NCBI GenBank assembly: GCA_963828745.1
Contig: CAWHFZ010000012.1
Coordinates: forward strand, 657,420 to 721,419
Origin: Vicinamibacteria bacterium
GTDB taxonomy: Bacteria; Acidobacteriota; Vicinamibacteria; Vicinamibacterales; JAENWD01
DNA length: 64,000 bases
Direction: 5' to 3'
Positions 37,522-45,405 of the stretch are shown in pieces. The notes beneath the pieces are model-generated. The model did not search any database and was not told the origin of the DNA. It saw only the letters and a list, made by a program, of their open reading frames with translations. How positions within the stretch are numbered: the first letter of the stretch is position 1; every line of letters begins with the position of its first letter. The translations under genes were made by a program, and so were the position numbers.

Positions 37522-37683
37522 TTATTTTCGGGGAGCGTTGCGCTCGTCGTATTCTTCGGGGTCATGTGGGCTACCGGTCAAGGCCCACACGCTTCTGGCC
37601 CGAAAGTACGGAGTGTACCGGCATCCGAATCCCGTCAACAAAAAACCCCGCCAGTTGCCGAAGCAGCTGACAGGGTCTTTCAT
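37522..37683 (-). CDS. hypothetical 53-aa protein
   Basis: GGAGGTG lies 5 nt before the ATG. Sequence MKDPVSCFGNWRGFLLTGFGCRYTPYFRARSVWALTGSPHDPEEYDERNAPRK, ending in a tandem TAA TAA. No family recognised. Confidence 0.4.
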   Translation of the reverse strand: MKDPVSCFGNWRGFLLTGFGCRYTPYFRARSVWALTGSPHDPEEYDERNAPRK

Positions 37684-37745
37684 GCTTTCACCTCCGAAAA
37701 GGTTGGGCACTGGAATCTCAACGCCGGCCATCGGGAAAGGTTCCT

Positions 37746-37776
37746 AAAAAGAATCGGCCAGCCCGATTTCTTTTTT
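37746..37776. terminator. bidirectional hairpin terminator
   Basis: AAAAAGAATCGG-CCAGC-CCGATTTCTTTTTT, with an A-run and a T-run on either side. Confidence 0.55.
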
Positions 37777-37781
37777 CAGCG

Positions 37782-38063
37782 TTAGAGATAGTAGGTAAAC
37801 TGCGTCACGCTGATCGAGCGAACTGCTTCTCCAACGGATCGGCCTTGTGACAACAGCACATCCACATGGCGCAGCTTCGCGACGATCTCTTCCGGCTTAT
37901 GCTTCTTCTGGGGCATTCCAACGTCCTCCTATGGCTCAAAAGCCCACCTCAGGGAGGACCACTTTTCGACCTTCGGGGCGATCATTCTGGCGCTCAGTGC
38001 CATTGCGGGCGTCGTGTGCTGGGATTGTCTGGATAGTGAACAACCGCGCTTAAGGGGGGCCGG
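37782..38063 (-). mobile_element. IS3-family (IS407-like) left-end fragment with the orfA N-terminus, inverted relative to the rest of the IS
   Basis: Minus-strand ATG 37916 gives MPQKKHKPEEIVAKLRHVDVLLSQGRSVGEAVRSISVTQFTYY, the typical IS3 orfA HTH. It then diverges (L*). A possible degenerate IRL (CCGGCCCCCC...) lies near 38063. Confidence 0.7.
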
Positions 38064-38340
38064 GAAAGAGTTGCCCCATATCCTCGATGGTGGCCCGTGC
38101 GCCATATTGCTCATAACGAGCGAGGGCATCCTCGGCACTTTTTGGCGGGTCAAACATGACGCTGGCCTCGCAAAAGTAAATGGCCGTGTGTCGCGGATCA
38201 AACTTGGAAATCAGTCCCTTGATGAGGTCGTACTGAGGCCGTTGCTTTTTTGGTTGTTTTTCGAGCTGGTAGGCCGCGATAACCAGAGCCTGATGAATGG
38301 CTTTCCATTCGTTCTGCGATATTTCGATATGTCCTTCCAT
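38050..38340 (-). CDS. hypothetical protein (96 aa), C-terminus probably truncated by the IS3 end
   Basis: GGAGGTG RBS. MEGHIEISQNEWKAIHQALVIAAYQLEKQ... The last codons (..GPP*) run into the putative IS end. No family recognised. Confidence 0.45.
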   Translation of the reverse strand: MEGHIEISQNEWKAIHQALVIAAYQLEKQPKKQRPQYDLIKGLISKFDPRHTAIYFCEASVMFDPPKSAEDALARYEQYGARATIEDMGQLFPGPP

Positions 38341-38386
38341 CAGCACCTCCATAGAAACGCCCCAGCTTATCAGCCGGGGCGTCTCC

Positions 38387-38512
38387 TTAATACTCGATTT
38401 TGTCGTTCATTTCCTGAGTTTTTTCGACCGTTTCCTTTGGAACACGAAGGATGGTCGAGTTACCGATGGGGTGGGCATTGAAGGTGATGTTGAAGCCGGT
38501 TCCGTCTTTCCA
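38387..38512 (-). pseudogene. 3' end of an unknown gene truncated at the 38512/38516 rearrangement junction
   Basis: Open frame ...WKDGTGFNITFNAHPIGNSTILRVPKETVEKTQEMNDKIEY* followed by the hairpin ACGCCCC...GGGGCGT. It has no 5' part. Confidence 0.35.
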
Positions 38513-38646
38513 TTAGTTGGCGCAAGGAATTTGGCGGTCTGAAAGCGGTTGAAGGAACTGGAGAAGGAGAACGGACGGCTGCGCAAGGCGGTGTCGGATC
38601 TGACGCTTGAGAAGCTGGTTTTGAAAGAGGCTGCCTCGGGAAACTT

Positions 38647-38897
38647 GTTCTCTATTCGGGGCGCATGATGCAAGTTCCTTTTTGCACGTCCACGATGTCA
38701 GAGATCATCCTGCGAGGCTCTTGCTTGTCTGCGAGGTCAGCAATTGCAGCCTCATGATGGGATCAGAGGGACAGGGCGGAGCCATCTAAGCCGCGCGGTC
38801 GTAAGTGCGCCGCACGAGTTTCCTCGGTCTCGCCCAATCCCGTCGTCCTCGCGGGACGCCTCCTCCAGCGTGAGACGGTTGTCGTTTTCCCCTGTTG
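38647..38897 (-). ncRNA. candidate IS110/IS1111 bridge (seek) RNA region, unverified
   Basis: A ~250-nt non-coding tail lies between the inferred natural stop (38898) and the element end. Several local hairpins are present (CGUCC-CGCGA-GGACG, CGAG-GAAA-CUCG, UUGCU..AGCAA, UGCAA..UUGCA). The position matches where IS1111-group guide RNAs are reported. Confidence 0.25.
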
Positions 38898-39920
38898 TTA
38901 GGCTGTTGCTGCGTTCCAGCGGAAATCTGTCATCCCGCCACATCCGGTGAAGTATGACCGCGAGCTTGCGTGCAACTGCGACCATCGCCTTTTGCATTCC
39001 GCGCCGGCGCGCCACTGCAATGCCCCAGGCCTTGAGCGGGTTCCAGCGACCTGGACCAGTTAATACGACGAGAGCTGCTTCATAGAGGCTGGATCGAAGC
39101 ATCACATCCCCAGATCGGGAAATGCGACCCGTCCTGGAGATCTCGCCGGACTGATAAATGCGCGGCGTAAGTCCGTAGTGAGCACCTACGCACTTGGATC
39201 TTGAGAATCGCGCGGGATTGTCGACGCAGGTTCGGAACGTGAGAGCGACGATCGGTCCGACCCCTGGCGCGGACATCAGCCGGCGACAGACCGGATCGAC
39301 CGCACCAGATCAAGCAGCATGCGGTGAAGTTTTGCAAACTGAGCTCGTAGAGCTGCTCGTGCCTCCAACAACGGGGTGACGATGGCAGCAACGAACGAAT
39401 GATCTGCAACGAGCTCGCGGATACGGTCCTCAAACTTGATTTTACCAACTACGCCAACCTTAAGTCCAAAATTGCGCAGTGAGCCCCGTAGGTCATTCTC
39501 GATGTCATAAATCTTCCGCTGCAGTAATTTGCGAGAGGTCAGCAGGAGTCTTCGATGCTGGCTGGCGGGAGTTTTGACGTGGACCGCTTTGAACAACCCA
39601 ACCCGCATCATTTGGGAGATACCACGGGCGTCGTTCCGGTCGGTCTTGTTGATGCGCGCCGAGAGCGCTGCATGCATATGCCGGGTCTCGACACAGATCG
39701 CCGGAAGGCCAACCTCGACGAGACCGGCATAGATCCACTGGGATAATGGTCCTGCCTCCAATCCGATCCGCTCGAACGGCTGACCGAACTCGTGCAAGCG
39801 ACCTGCTATTGCCTCCGGTGCACTATCAACCATCGTCTCGAGAAGAACTCGGCCGTTCGCGTCTAGGACGCAAATAGCGGTCGTCTTTACGGAGATATCG
39901 AGGCCCGCAAACAGTGACAT
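38752..39920 (-). pseudogene. IS110-family transposase, frame broken at ~39295 and probably ~38925
   Basis: MSLFAGLDISVKTTAICVLD...(DEDD N-domain); ...LLDLVRS|DPVCRRLMSAPGVGPIVALTF... in a second frame. A third frame gives ...TDFRWNAATA*, stopping at 38898, which looks like the natural C-terminus. Confidence 0.85.
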
Positions 39921-40010
39921 GACGGGCTCCTTTGATGTTGAATACCTGGAGCTTCAATCTCGCCTCGCAACGGACGGCTTGGCGAGGGAAAACCCCGAAT
40001 ACCCCATCTG

Positions 40011-40995
40011 AGCCCCGCCCGTCGCCGTCGCTGCATCGATCATGTCATGGCGAAGCTTGGTGTATCGGAACGCTTTGCCTGCCGGGTTCTTCTCGGACAG
40101 CATCGTTCGACACAGCGCAAGAAGCCAACAGGGCGCGCCGACGAAGCGGGGTTGACTGCCGACATCACCAGGCTCGCCACCCGGTATGGCCGCTACGGCT
40201 ATCGCCGGATCACGGCGATGTTGAGGTTTGAGGGTTGGACAGTGAACGTCAAGCGCGTCGAGCGAATCTGGCGACGGGAGGGGCTGAAAGTCCCGCAGAA
40301 GCAGCCGAAGAAGAGCCGCCTCTGGCTGAACGACGGATCCTGTATCCGCCTGCGGCCGGAGCGCGCCAATCATGTCTGGTCCTACGATTTCGTGGAGGGC
40401 CGGACCCACGAGGGACGGACGGAAGTTTCGCATGCTCAACGTCATCGACGAGTTCAGCCGGGAATGCCTGTCGATCCGCATTGCCCGCAAGCTCAATTCG
40501 ACGGATGTCATCGACGTCCTGTCGGACCTGTTCATCCTCAGGGGCGTGCCTGGATATGTTCGTTCGGACAACGGCCCCGAATTTATCGCCAAAGCGGTTC
40601 GCGAGTGGATCGTGGCGGTCGGGGCCAAGACTGCTTTCATCGAGCCAGGCAGTCCATGGGAGAATGGATATTGCGAGAGCTTCAACTCGAAGCTGCGCGA
40701 CGAACTCCTCAACGGCGAGATCTTCTACAGCCTGGCCGAGGCAAAGGTCATCATCGAAGCGTGGCGTCGCCATTACAATACCGAGCGCCCGCACTCATCG
40801 TTGGGCTACAAACCACCGGCGCCAGAGGTCGTGCAATGGCCGGCTCCGCTACGCAAACCAGCTCAGCCATGGAAAACCAATCATGCACTAACATTCAACC
40901 CGGACCACCCGATGGGGGCAGGCCACGTCACGCAATCTTTTGGCAGGCGCCAGGCCCGAGGCGTTGCTGGAGTTAAAGTGGTCACAAGTGCGTGA
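40011..40995 (+). pseudogene. IS3-family orfB (DDE transposase), frameshifted by a GACG tandem duplication at ~40413-40420
   Basis: SPARRRRCIDHVMAKLGVSERFACRV...HVWSYDFVEGRTHEGR | KFRMLNVIDEFSRECL...SDNGPEF...PGSPWENGYCESFN...YNTERPHSSLGY. Confidence 0.85.
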
Positions 40996-41417
40996 CAGGT
41001 TCTGACCCTTAATTCTCCGGGCCGCGCGCAAACAAAGAAGCGGCGCCCGACGCTTCGGGCCTGTGACACTCTATATACTATATACGCTCCTGGAAGAGTG
41101 GCGGGACGGGGAGTACGTCATCACCTGGGAAGGGGAGCCCGTGGCGTCGGTCAAGACGGCCTGGCGAAAGCTGAGAACCGACGCCGGACTGGACGCCCCG
41201 CGTTTTCGGCATACTTTAGCCAGACGGCTTCGGGCTCACTCGGTTCCGCCTTACGAGGTTTCCGCATTTTTGGGGCATCGGCTTGGGGGAATGACCATCA
41301 CCGATATTTATGCGGTGGCAGATCCGGCCTACATGCTCGCCAGTCGTGAGGCGGTGGAAAAGCTCCTTCAAGCTGTCCTTGCACCGGCAGCTAACGCAAG
41401 TATAGAAGTCGGCGTGA
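40926..41417 (+). pseudogene. tyrosine-recombinase (phage/island integrase) remnant, 5'-truncated by the IS and frameshifted
   Basis: Frames give GARPEALLELKWSQV (Arg-I box), GRAQTKKRRPT, and ...VKTAWRKLRTDAGLD..RFRHTLARRLRAHSVPPYEVSAFLGHRLGGMTITDIYA (H-x-x-R, GH, catalytic Y). It reads toward the adjacent tRNA-Val. Confidence 0.75.
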
Positions 41418-41494
41418 GGGCGATTAGCTCAGCTGGTTAGAGCGCCTGCTTTACACGCAGGATGTCGGCGGTTCGAATCCGTCATCGCCTACCA
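41418..41494 (+). tRNA. tRNA-Val (anticodon TAC), intact
   Basis: Manual cloverleaf: acceptor GGGCGAT/ATCGCCT, D-arm GCTC..GAGC, anticodon arm CCTGC-TTTACAC-GCAGG, T-arm GGCGG-TTCGAAT-CCGTC, ACCA. Confidence 0.9.
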
Positions 41495-41580
41495 CGCCAG
41501 TTACGCGCCAACAGACTAAAGCGAGAACGAGTTTTTTTGGTAATTACAAGTAGTTATCGGTGAAATCGGAGAAGAGACCG

Positions 41581-41630
41581 TCTCCTTTACACCGAGAGGG
41601 TCGGGAGTTCGAATCTCTCGCCGCCTACCA
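41581..41630 (+). pseudogene. 3' fragment (nt 27-76) of a second tRNA-Val(TAC) gene
   Basis: TCTCC-TTTACAC-CGAGA, GGGTC, GGGAG-TTCGAAT-CTCTC, GCCGCCT-ACCA. It has no D-arm or 5' acceptor strand in front of it. Confidence 0.75.
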
Positions 41631-41664
41631 GTTGGTTGATTTCAGGTTCTCGCGGGAGGCAGCG

Positions 41665-42528
41665 ATGGCGGAAATCTCTCCCGGCCACGCGCAGAACGCG
41701 GACCAGATTGCTTACTGGAATGGCACCGCCGGCCAGCACTGGGTCGACCGGCAGCAGGCGCAGGATTCCATGCTGGCGCCGGTGTCCGCTATCCTGCTTG
41801 ATCGCGCCAAAGTCGTGCCGGGCGAACGCATCATCGATGTCGGCTGCGGATGCGGCGCCACCACGTGGGCTTTTGCGGAAAAAGTCGGTGCTGCCGGCCA
41901 CGTTCTGGGCGTCGATATCTCGTCGCCGATGCTGGAACGGGCCACGCAATACGCGCCACAAGGCGCTCCGGTGGAGTTCCGGCTGGCCGATGCCACTGTG
42001 TATCCGTTCGAGCCAGCGCGGGTCGATCTGATTGCCTCCCGGTTTGGCGTGATGTTCTTCGCGGAACCGGCCGTGTCGTTCGCAAATCTGCGCAAGTCAT
42101 TGCGGCCGGGCGGCAGGCTGACAGTCGCATGTTGGCGGGAACCTCGCCTCAATCCCTGGCTGATGACGCCGCTACAAGCCGCCTACAAGCATGTTCCGAA
42201 ACTGCCGCAACTTGGACCGGAAGACCCTGGTCCGTTTTCGTTCGCGCCCGAAGCGCGCGTTCATCGCATTCTCAGCGAAGCCGGCTTTTCCGAAATAGCG
42301 ACGGAGGCCTGCGACCTCATATTGGATGTTGCGATCGGTCGCGGGCTTGATGCCGCAGTCGAGTCAGCGCTTCAGATTGGTCCCGCCAGCCGCGCGCTTG
42401 AAGGACATTCCGCCGATGTCATCGCTGCTGCGACAGAGTCGATCCGTGAGGCGCTTGCGCCTTTCGCCAGAGGGCAGGCGGTCGCGCTTCCGGCATCGAT
42501 CTGGATCGTGACCGCGCGCAACCCTTGA
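41665..42528 (+). CDS. class I SAM-dependent methyltransferase
   Basis: GGGAGG RBS plus ATG 41665. Motif I is IIDVGCGCGATT. The longer ORF from 41560 merely reads through the tRNA fragment. Confidence 0.8.
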   Translation: MAEISPGHAQNADQIAYWNGTAGQHWVDRQQAQDSMLAPVSAILLDRAKVVPGERIIDVGCGCGATTWAFAEKVGAAGHVLGVDISSPMLERATQYAPQGAPVEFRLADATVYPFEPARVDLIASRFGVMFFAEPAVSFANLRKSLRPGGRLTVACWREPRLNPWLMTPLQAAYKHVPKLPQLGPEDPGPFSFAPEARVHRILSEAGFSEIATEACDLILDVAIGRGLDAAVESALQIGPASRALEGHSADVIAAATESIREALAPFARGQAVALPASIWIVTARNP

Positions 42529-42588
42529 TCGCGCCGGGGATTAGAGTCACTGTGTTGAATCAGACTTTAATCGTATCCTTTGATTGAG

Positions 42589-42630
42589 CATGATCTTATC
42601 CGAAACCGGTTTCCAGTTTTCGGGATCATG
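42589..42630. repeat. palindromic intergenic element (REP-like)
   Basis: CATGATCttatCCGAAACCGGTTTCCAGTTTTCGGGATCATG with a perfect inner palindrome GAAACCGGTTTC. It lies between convergent genes. A related copy is at 56738-56799. Confidence 0.6.
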
Positions 42631-42632
42631 TT

Positions 42633-42944
42633 CTAGCAATATCCGTACAGCCCGCAAGCGTAAGGCAATCGGTCGAAATAATACGAGATTGCCGGCCGAT
42701 CCTCGTAGTAGGGGCGATAGTAGAAATCGCTCGGCCTTCCGTAATAGCCGGGTACCGGCGGCGGAATACGAAAACGGTAGAGCACGCTCTCTGGATAATC
42801 GTTGTCACGCACGACGACATGGACTTGCGGAGGTGCCGGCTCCGCAAAGATCGTGCCGATTCGGCTATGCACCGGAAGGTCGGCGGCAAACCCCGTTGCT
42901 CCCATCGCAACGACGCCGATGACCGATAACAAGATGGTACGCAT
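42633..42944 (-). CDS. secreted Tyr/Pro-rich small protein
   Basis: Signal peptide MRTILLSVIGVVAMGATGFAA followed by low-complexity YY/PP repeats, ending CGLYGYC. Confidence 0.6.
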   Translation of the reverse strand: MRTILLSVIGVVAMGATGFAADLPVHSRIGTIFAEPAPPQVHVVVRDNDYPESVLYRFRIPPPVPGYYGRPSDFYYRPYYEDRPAISYYFDRLPYACGLYGYC

Positions 42945-43078
42945 ATTTTTGAATCCTCGTTGATTCGAGGATCATATCCCGTTGCATTTAGGAAAGATTA
43001 GAGATGTCTCGCCGTTTCCGTCCCGCGATCGTTGCGAGGATTCTGAAATACGATCTTTCGCCTGCGATATCCGTGCCT

Positions 43079-44332
43079 TCAGGCACGTTCTTCCCAGATC
43101 GCTGCGAGATGCACTACGGTCCGAACAGCAGCTTCCATCTCCTGCACGCTGACCCATTCGGTGCGTGAATGGAACGCGTGCTCGCCGGCAAAGATGTTGG
43201 GACACGGGAGACCCATAAAAGACAGCCGCGAACCGTCGGTGCCGCCGCGAATGCTGCCTTTGACTGGTTTGAGGCCGGCGCGGCGGATCGCTTCCATGGC
43301 GTTGTCGATGATCTCCGGGTGACGATCCACCACCTGTTTCATGTTGCGATACTGCGGCTGGATCTCCAGCCGAGACGTCGAGTGCGGGAAATCCGCCATG
43401 ACGTCACGGACGATTCCCTCCAGCAGGATTTCCTTTTCCTTCAGGCCGGCATCCGTGAAATCGCGCGCGATAAAGCTTAGCGTTGCGCGCTCCAGCGTGC
43501 CGCTGATGCCGGTCGGATGCAGGAAACCCTCGCGGCCGCCGGTGGTCTCGGGCGAGCACGTATCTTTGGGAAGCCGCTCTACAATGCGGGATGCGATTTT
43601 GATCGCATGCTCCATCTTGCCCTTGGCGAAGCCCGGATGAGCGCTGACTCCCTCGATGGTAATAACGGCACCATCGGCCGAGAATGTCTCATCCTCGATA
43701 TGGCCCGCGGTCTCGCCATCAACGGTGTAGGCGAAATCTGCGCCTAGTTTTTTCACATCGGCCTTGTCGACGCCGCGTCCGATTTCCTCGTCTGGCGTAA
43801 ACAGGATTTTGATGATGCCATGCTTGATCTGTGGATTGGCAAATAGAACCTGTGCGGCGTCCATGATTTCGGCGACGCCGGCCTTGTTGTCGGCGCCAAG
43901 TAGCGTGGTGCCATCCGAAGTGACGATATCATTGCCGACCTGATCGGCCAGCGCCGGATTGTCGGCAATGCGGATCACCTGCGACGGATCGCCGCAGAGT
44001 ACAATGTCGCCGCCGCGATAATCCTTGACGATCTGCGGCCTGACGTTTGTACCCGAACAGTCCGGTGACGTGTCCATGTGCGAACAGAAACAAATGACGG
44101 GAACCTGCTTGGAGCTGTTCGCCGGAATCGTTGCGTAGACGTAACCGTGCCGGTCGAGATGGGCATCCGTGACACCGATCTCCTGCAACTCACGCACCAG
44201 CAGGCGTCCAAGATTCTTCTGCTTCTCGGTGGATGGACAAGTCGGAGAACTCGGATCCGACTGGGTGTCGATGGCCGCATAGCGCAGAAAGCGTTCCGTC
44301 ACCGTGTGTTTGAATGTCATCGGAGCGGCCAT
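43079..44332 (-). CDS. pepT: peptidase T (tripeptide aminopeptidase)
   Basis: 417-aa M20B-family ORF with HMDT and GADNKAG motifs. Confidence 0.9.
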   Translation of the reverse strand: MAAPMTFKHTVTERFLRYAAIDTQSDPSSPTCPSTEKQKNLGRLLVRELQEIGVTDAHLDRHGYVYATIPANSSKQVPVICFCSHMDTSPDCSGTNVRPQIVKDYRGGDIVLCGDPSQVIRIADNPALADQVGNDIVTSDGTTLLGADNKAGVAEIMDAAQVLFANPQIKHGIIKILFTPDEEIGRGVDKADVKKLGADFAYTVDGETAGHIEDETFSADGAVITIEGVSAHPGFAKGKMEHAIKIASRIVERLPKDTCSPETTGGREGFLHPTGISGTLERATLSFIARDFTDAGLKEKEILLEGIVRDVMADFPHSTSRLEIQPQYRNMKQVVDRHPEIIDNAMEAIRRAGLKPVKGSIRGGTDGSRLSFMGLPCPNIFAGEHAFHSRTEWVSVQEMEAAVRTVVHLAAIWEERA

Positions 44333-44462
44333 CGCATCTCTCAGGACAGGGGCCCTATATCCCGGAAATCATATCAATGAAAACCCGCCGTTCCGGCCTC
44401 GCTTAAGGGCGATCCGGTCTGGCGGGCAAATCTCTCAAGAGCTTAAACCGAAGCGTTCGTAA

Positions 44463-44762
44463 TTAGACGGCTTCCTTGAGTTCCTTTGCGGCGCGGAATG
44501 CGACCTTCTTGGACGCCTTGATGTGAATGGCTTCGCCGGTGGCCGGGTTGCGGCCCATGCGGGCGGCGCGCTTGCGGACTTGAAGGATGCCGAGGCCGAC
44601 GATGCGGATGCGTTCACCTTTCTTGAGGTGCTTGGTGATGCGTGTGACCATGTCATTCAGGATGGCTTCAGCGGTCTTCTTCGACAATTCATGGTCTTCG
44701 GCCAATGCTGCCGCGAGATGCTTCAGCGTCACGGTGGTCGGGGTCGCTGCTTTCTTCGCCAT
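44463..44762 (-). CDS. HU/IHF-family DNA-binding protein with a Lys/Ala/Pro N-terminal extension
   Basis: ...GERIRIVGLGILQVRKRAARMGRNPATGEAIHIKASKKVAFRAAKELKEAV matches the HU beta-arm. Confidence 0.85.
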   Translation of the reverse strand: MAKKAATPTTVTLKHLAAALAEDHELSKKTAEAILNDMVTRITKHLKKGERIRIVGLGILQVRKRAARMGRNPATGEAIHIKASKKVAFRAAKELKEAV

Positions 44763-44979
44763 AGATTGCCCTCCTCGTTGTTGATGGCTTCGGAACTCAA
44801 GGCGTATCAGGCCTTAGTTGATTCGGGGAGGTGCCAACTACGCCGTTTTGCCTGTAAACAGGCTATTATTTGCATCTGTATGTCAAAAATGCCTGCTTTT
44901 TAAGGAGATTCGCAACTGCCTTGACTTGGAAAGGCCCCGCCTTTAAGCCCTCACCCTTGTGCGGATACACACGGCATCC

Positions 44980-45056
44980 GCGGGAGTAGCTCAGTTGGTT
45001 AGAGCGCCGCCCTGTCACGGCGGAGGTCGCGGGTTCGAGTCCCGTCTCTCGCGCCA
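44980..45056 (+). tRNA. tRNA-Asp (anticodon GTC)
   Basis: Acceptor GCGGGAG/CTCTCGC (one G-T pair), anticodon arm CCGCC-CTGTCAC-GGCGG, T-loop GGTTCGAGTCC, GCCA. Confidence 0.88.
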
Positions 45057-45210
45057 GAGTTTTTCGGCTTCATCTCAGACGTTCAGCTTTTGACGGAAGC
45101 TCCGGTGACGTAGAGCTCTGGACGTAAGGCTCGGTGACGGCGGGACCGTCCACGGGCCTGACGTCAGTGAGCAAAACGCCGCCCAATGCTCGTTGACCAG
45201 AAATTTACGA

Positions 45211-45405
45211 TCACCTCACGAGGGATGTCCCTGAACTGGACATCATCGTCGGCTGCCCGGCCTTGATCACACGAACAGTCTGGGCGAAGTCGGCGGTCGG
45301 ACGGGCGGAAATGCCGAAAGCTGCCACTGCAGTGCCCACGACCAGCGCGACGACCACGATCTTTAGGTGCGTGGTACGGTCCGCGCTGTGAATCGAGTGG
45401 TTCAT
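45211..45405 (-). CDS. hypothetical single-pass membrane protein (64 aa)
   Basis: AGGAGG RBS. MNHSIHSADRTTHLKIVVVALVVGTAVAAFGI... The longer ORF to 45600 is unlikely. Confidence 0.5.
   Translation of the reverse strand: MNHSIHSADRTTHLKIVVVALVVGTAVAAFGISARPTADFAQTVRVIKAGQPTMMSSSGTSLVR

Larger units (their letters stand above)
38647..40007 (-). mobile_element. IS110-family element (IS1111-like subgroup), ~1.36 kb, inserted in the IS3 orfA/orfB junction
   Basis: The boundaries come from rejoining the IS3 flanks (GGGAAACTT|...|CTGAGCCCC). There are no terminal IRs. A subterminal inverted repeat TATTCGGGG lies 5-7 nt inside each end. It encodes a DEDD-type transposase. Confidence 0.8.
38516..40925 (+). 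mobile_element. IS3-family (IS407-like) element lacking its left end, interrupted by a nested IS110-family element
   Basis: 38516-38646 encodes the orfA C-terminus WRKEFGGLK..KRLKELEKENGRLRKAVSDLTLEKLVLKEAASGN. It resumes at 40008 (CTGAGCCCCGCC, LSPARRR...) with orfB. The right end GATGGGGGCAGGCCA at 40925 resembles the IS407-type IRR (recalled consensus ...GGGGGCAGGTCA). Confidence 0.8.

Noticed and set aside
38647-38897. Short matches between the IS110 3' tail and the insertion-site flanks (GGAAACT complementary to AGTTTCC; CGACGGG identical to a flank segment 10 nt from the junction), considered as proof of bridge-RNA guides.
   Set aside because: 7-mers in a 250-nt region are expected by chance at roughly the observed rate. 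One of them sits in a hairpin stem-loop. They are kept only as a weak hint within the finding.
36049-41630. The split tRNA-Val, considered as a group I intron-containing or trans-spliced (Nanoarchaeum-like) split tRNA gene.
   Set aside because: The break is at position 26/27, not in the anticodon loop. The intervening 5.5 kb is IS and integrase debris. The sequences flanking the two halves show no complementarity that could bring them together.
41560-41664. N-terminal extension of the methyltransferase ORF (MKSEKRPSPLHREGREFESLAAYQ...).
   Set aside because: It is a translation of the tRNA-Val 3' fragment. The internal ATG 41665 has a GGGAGG RBS.
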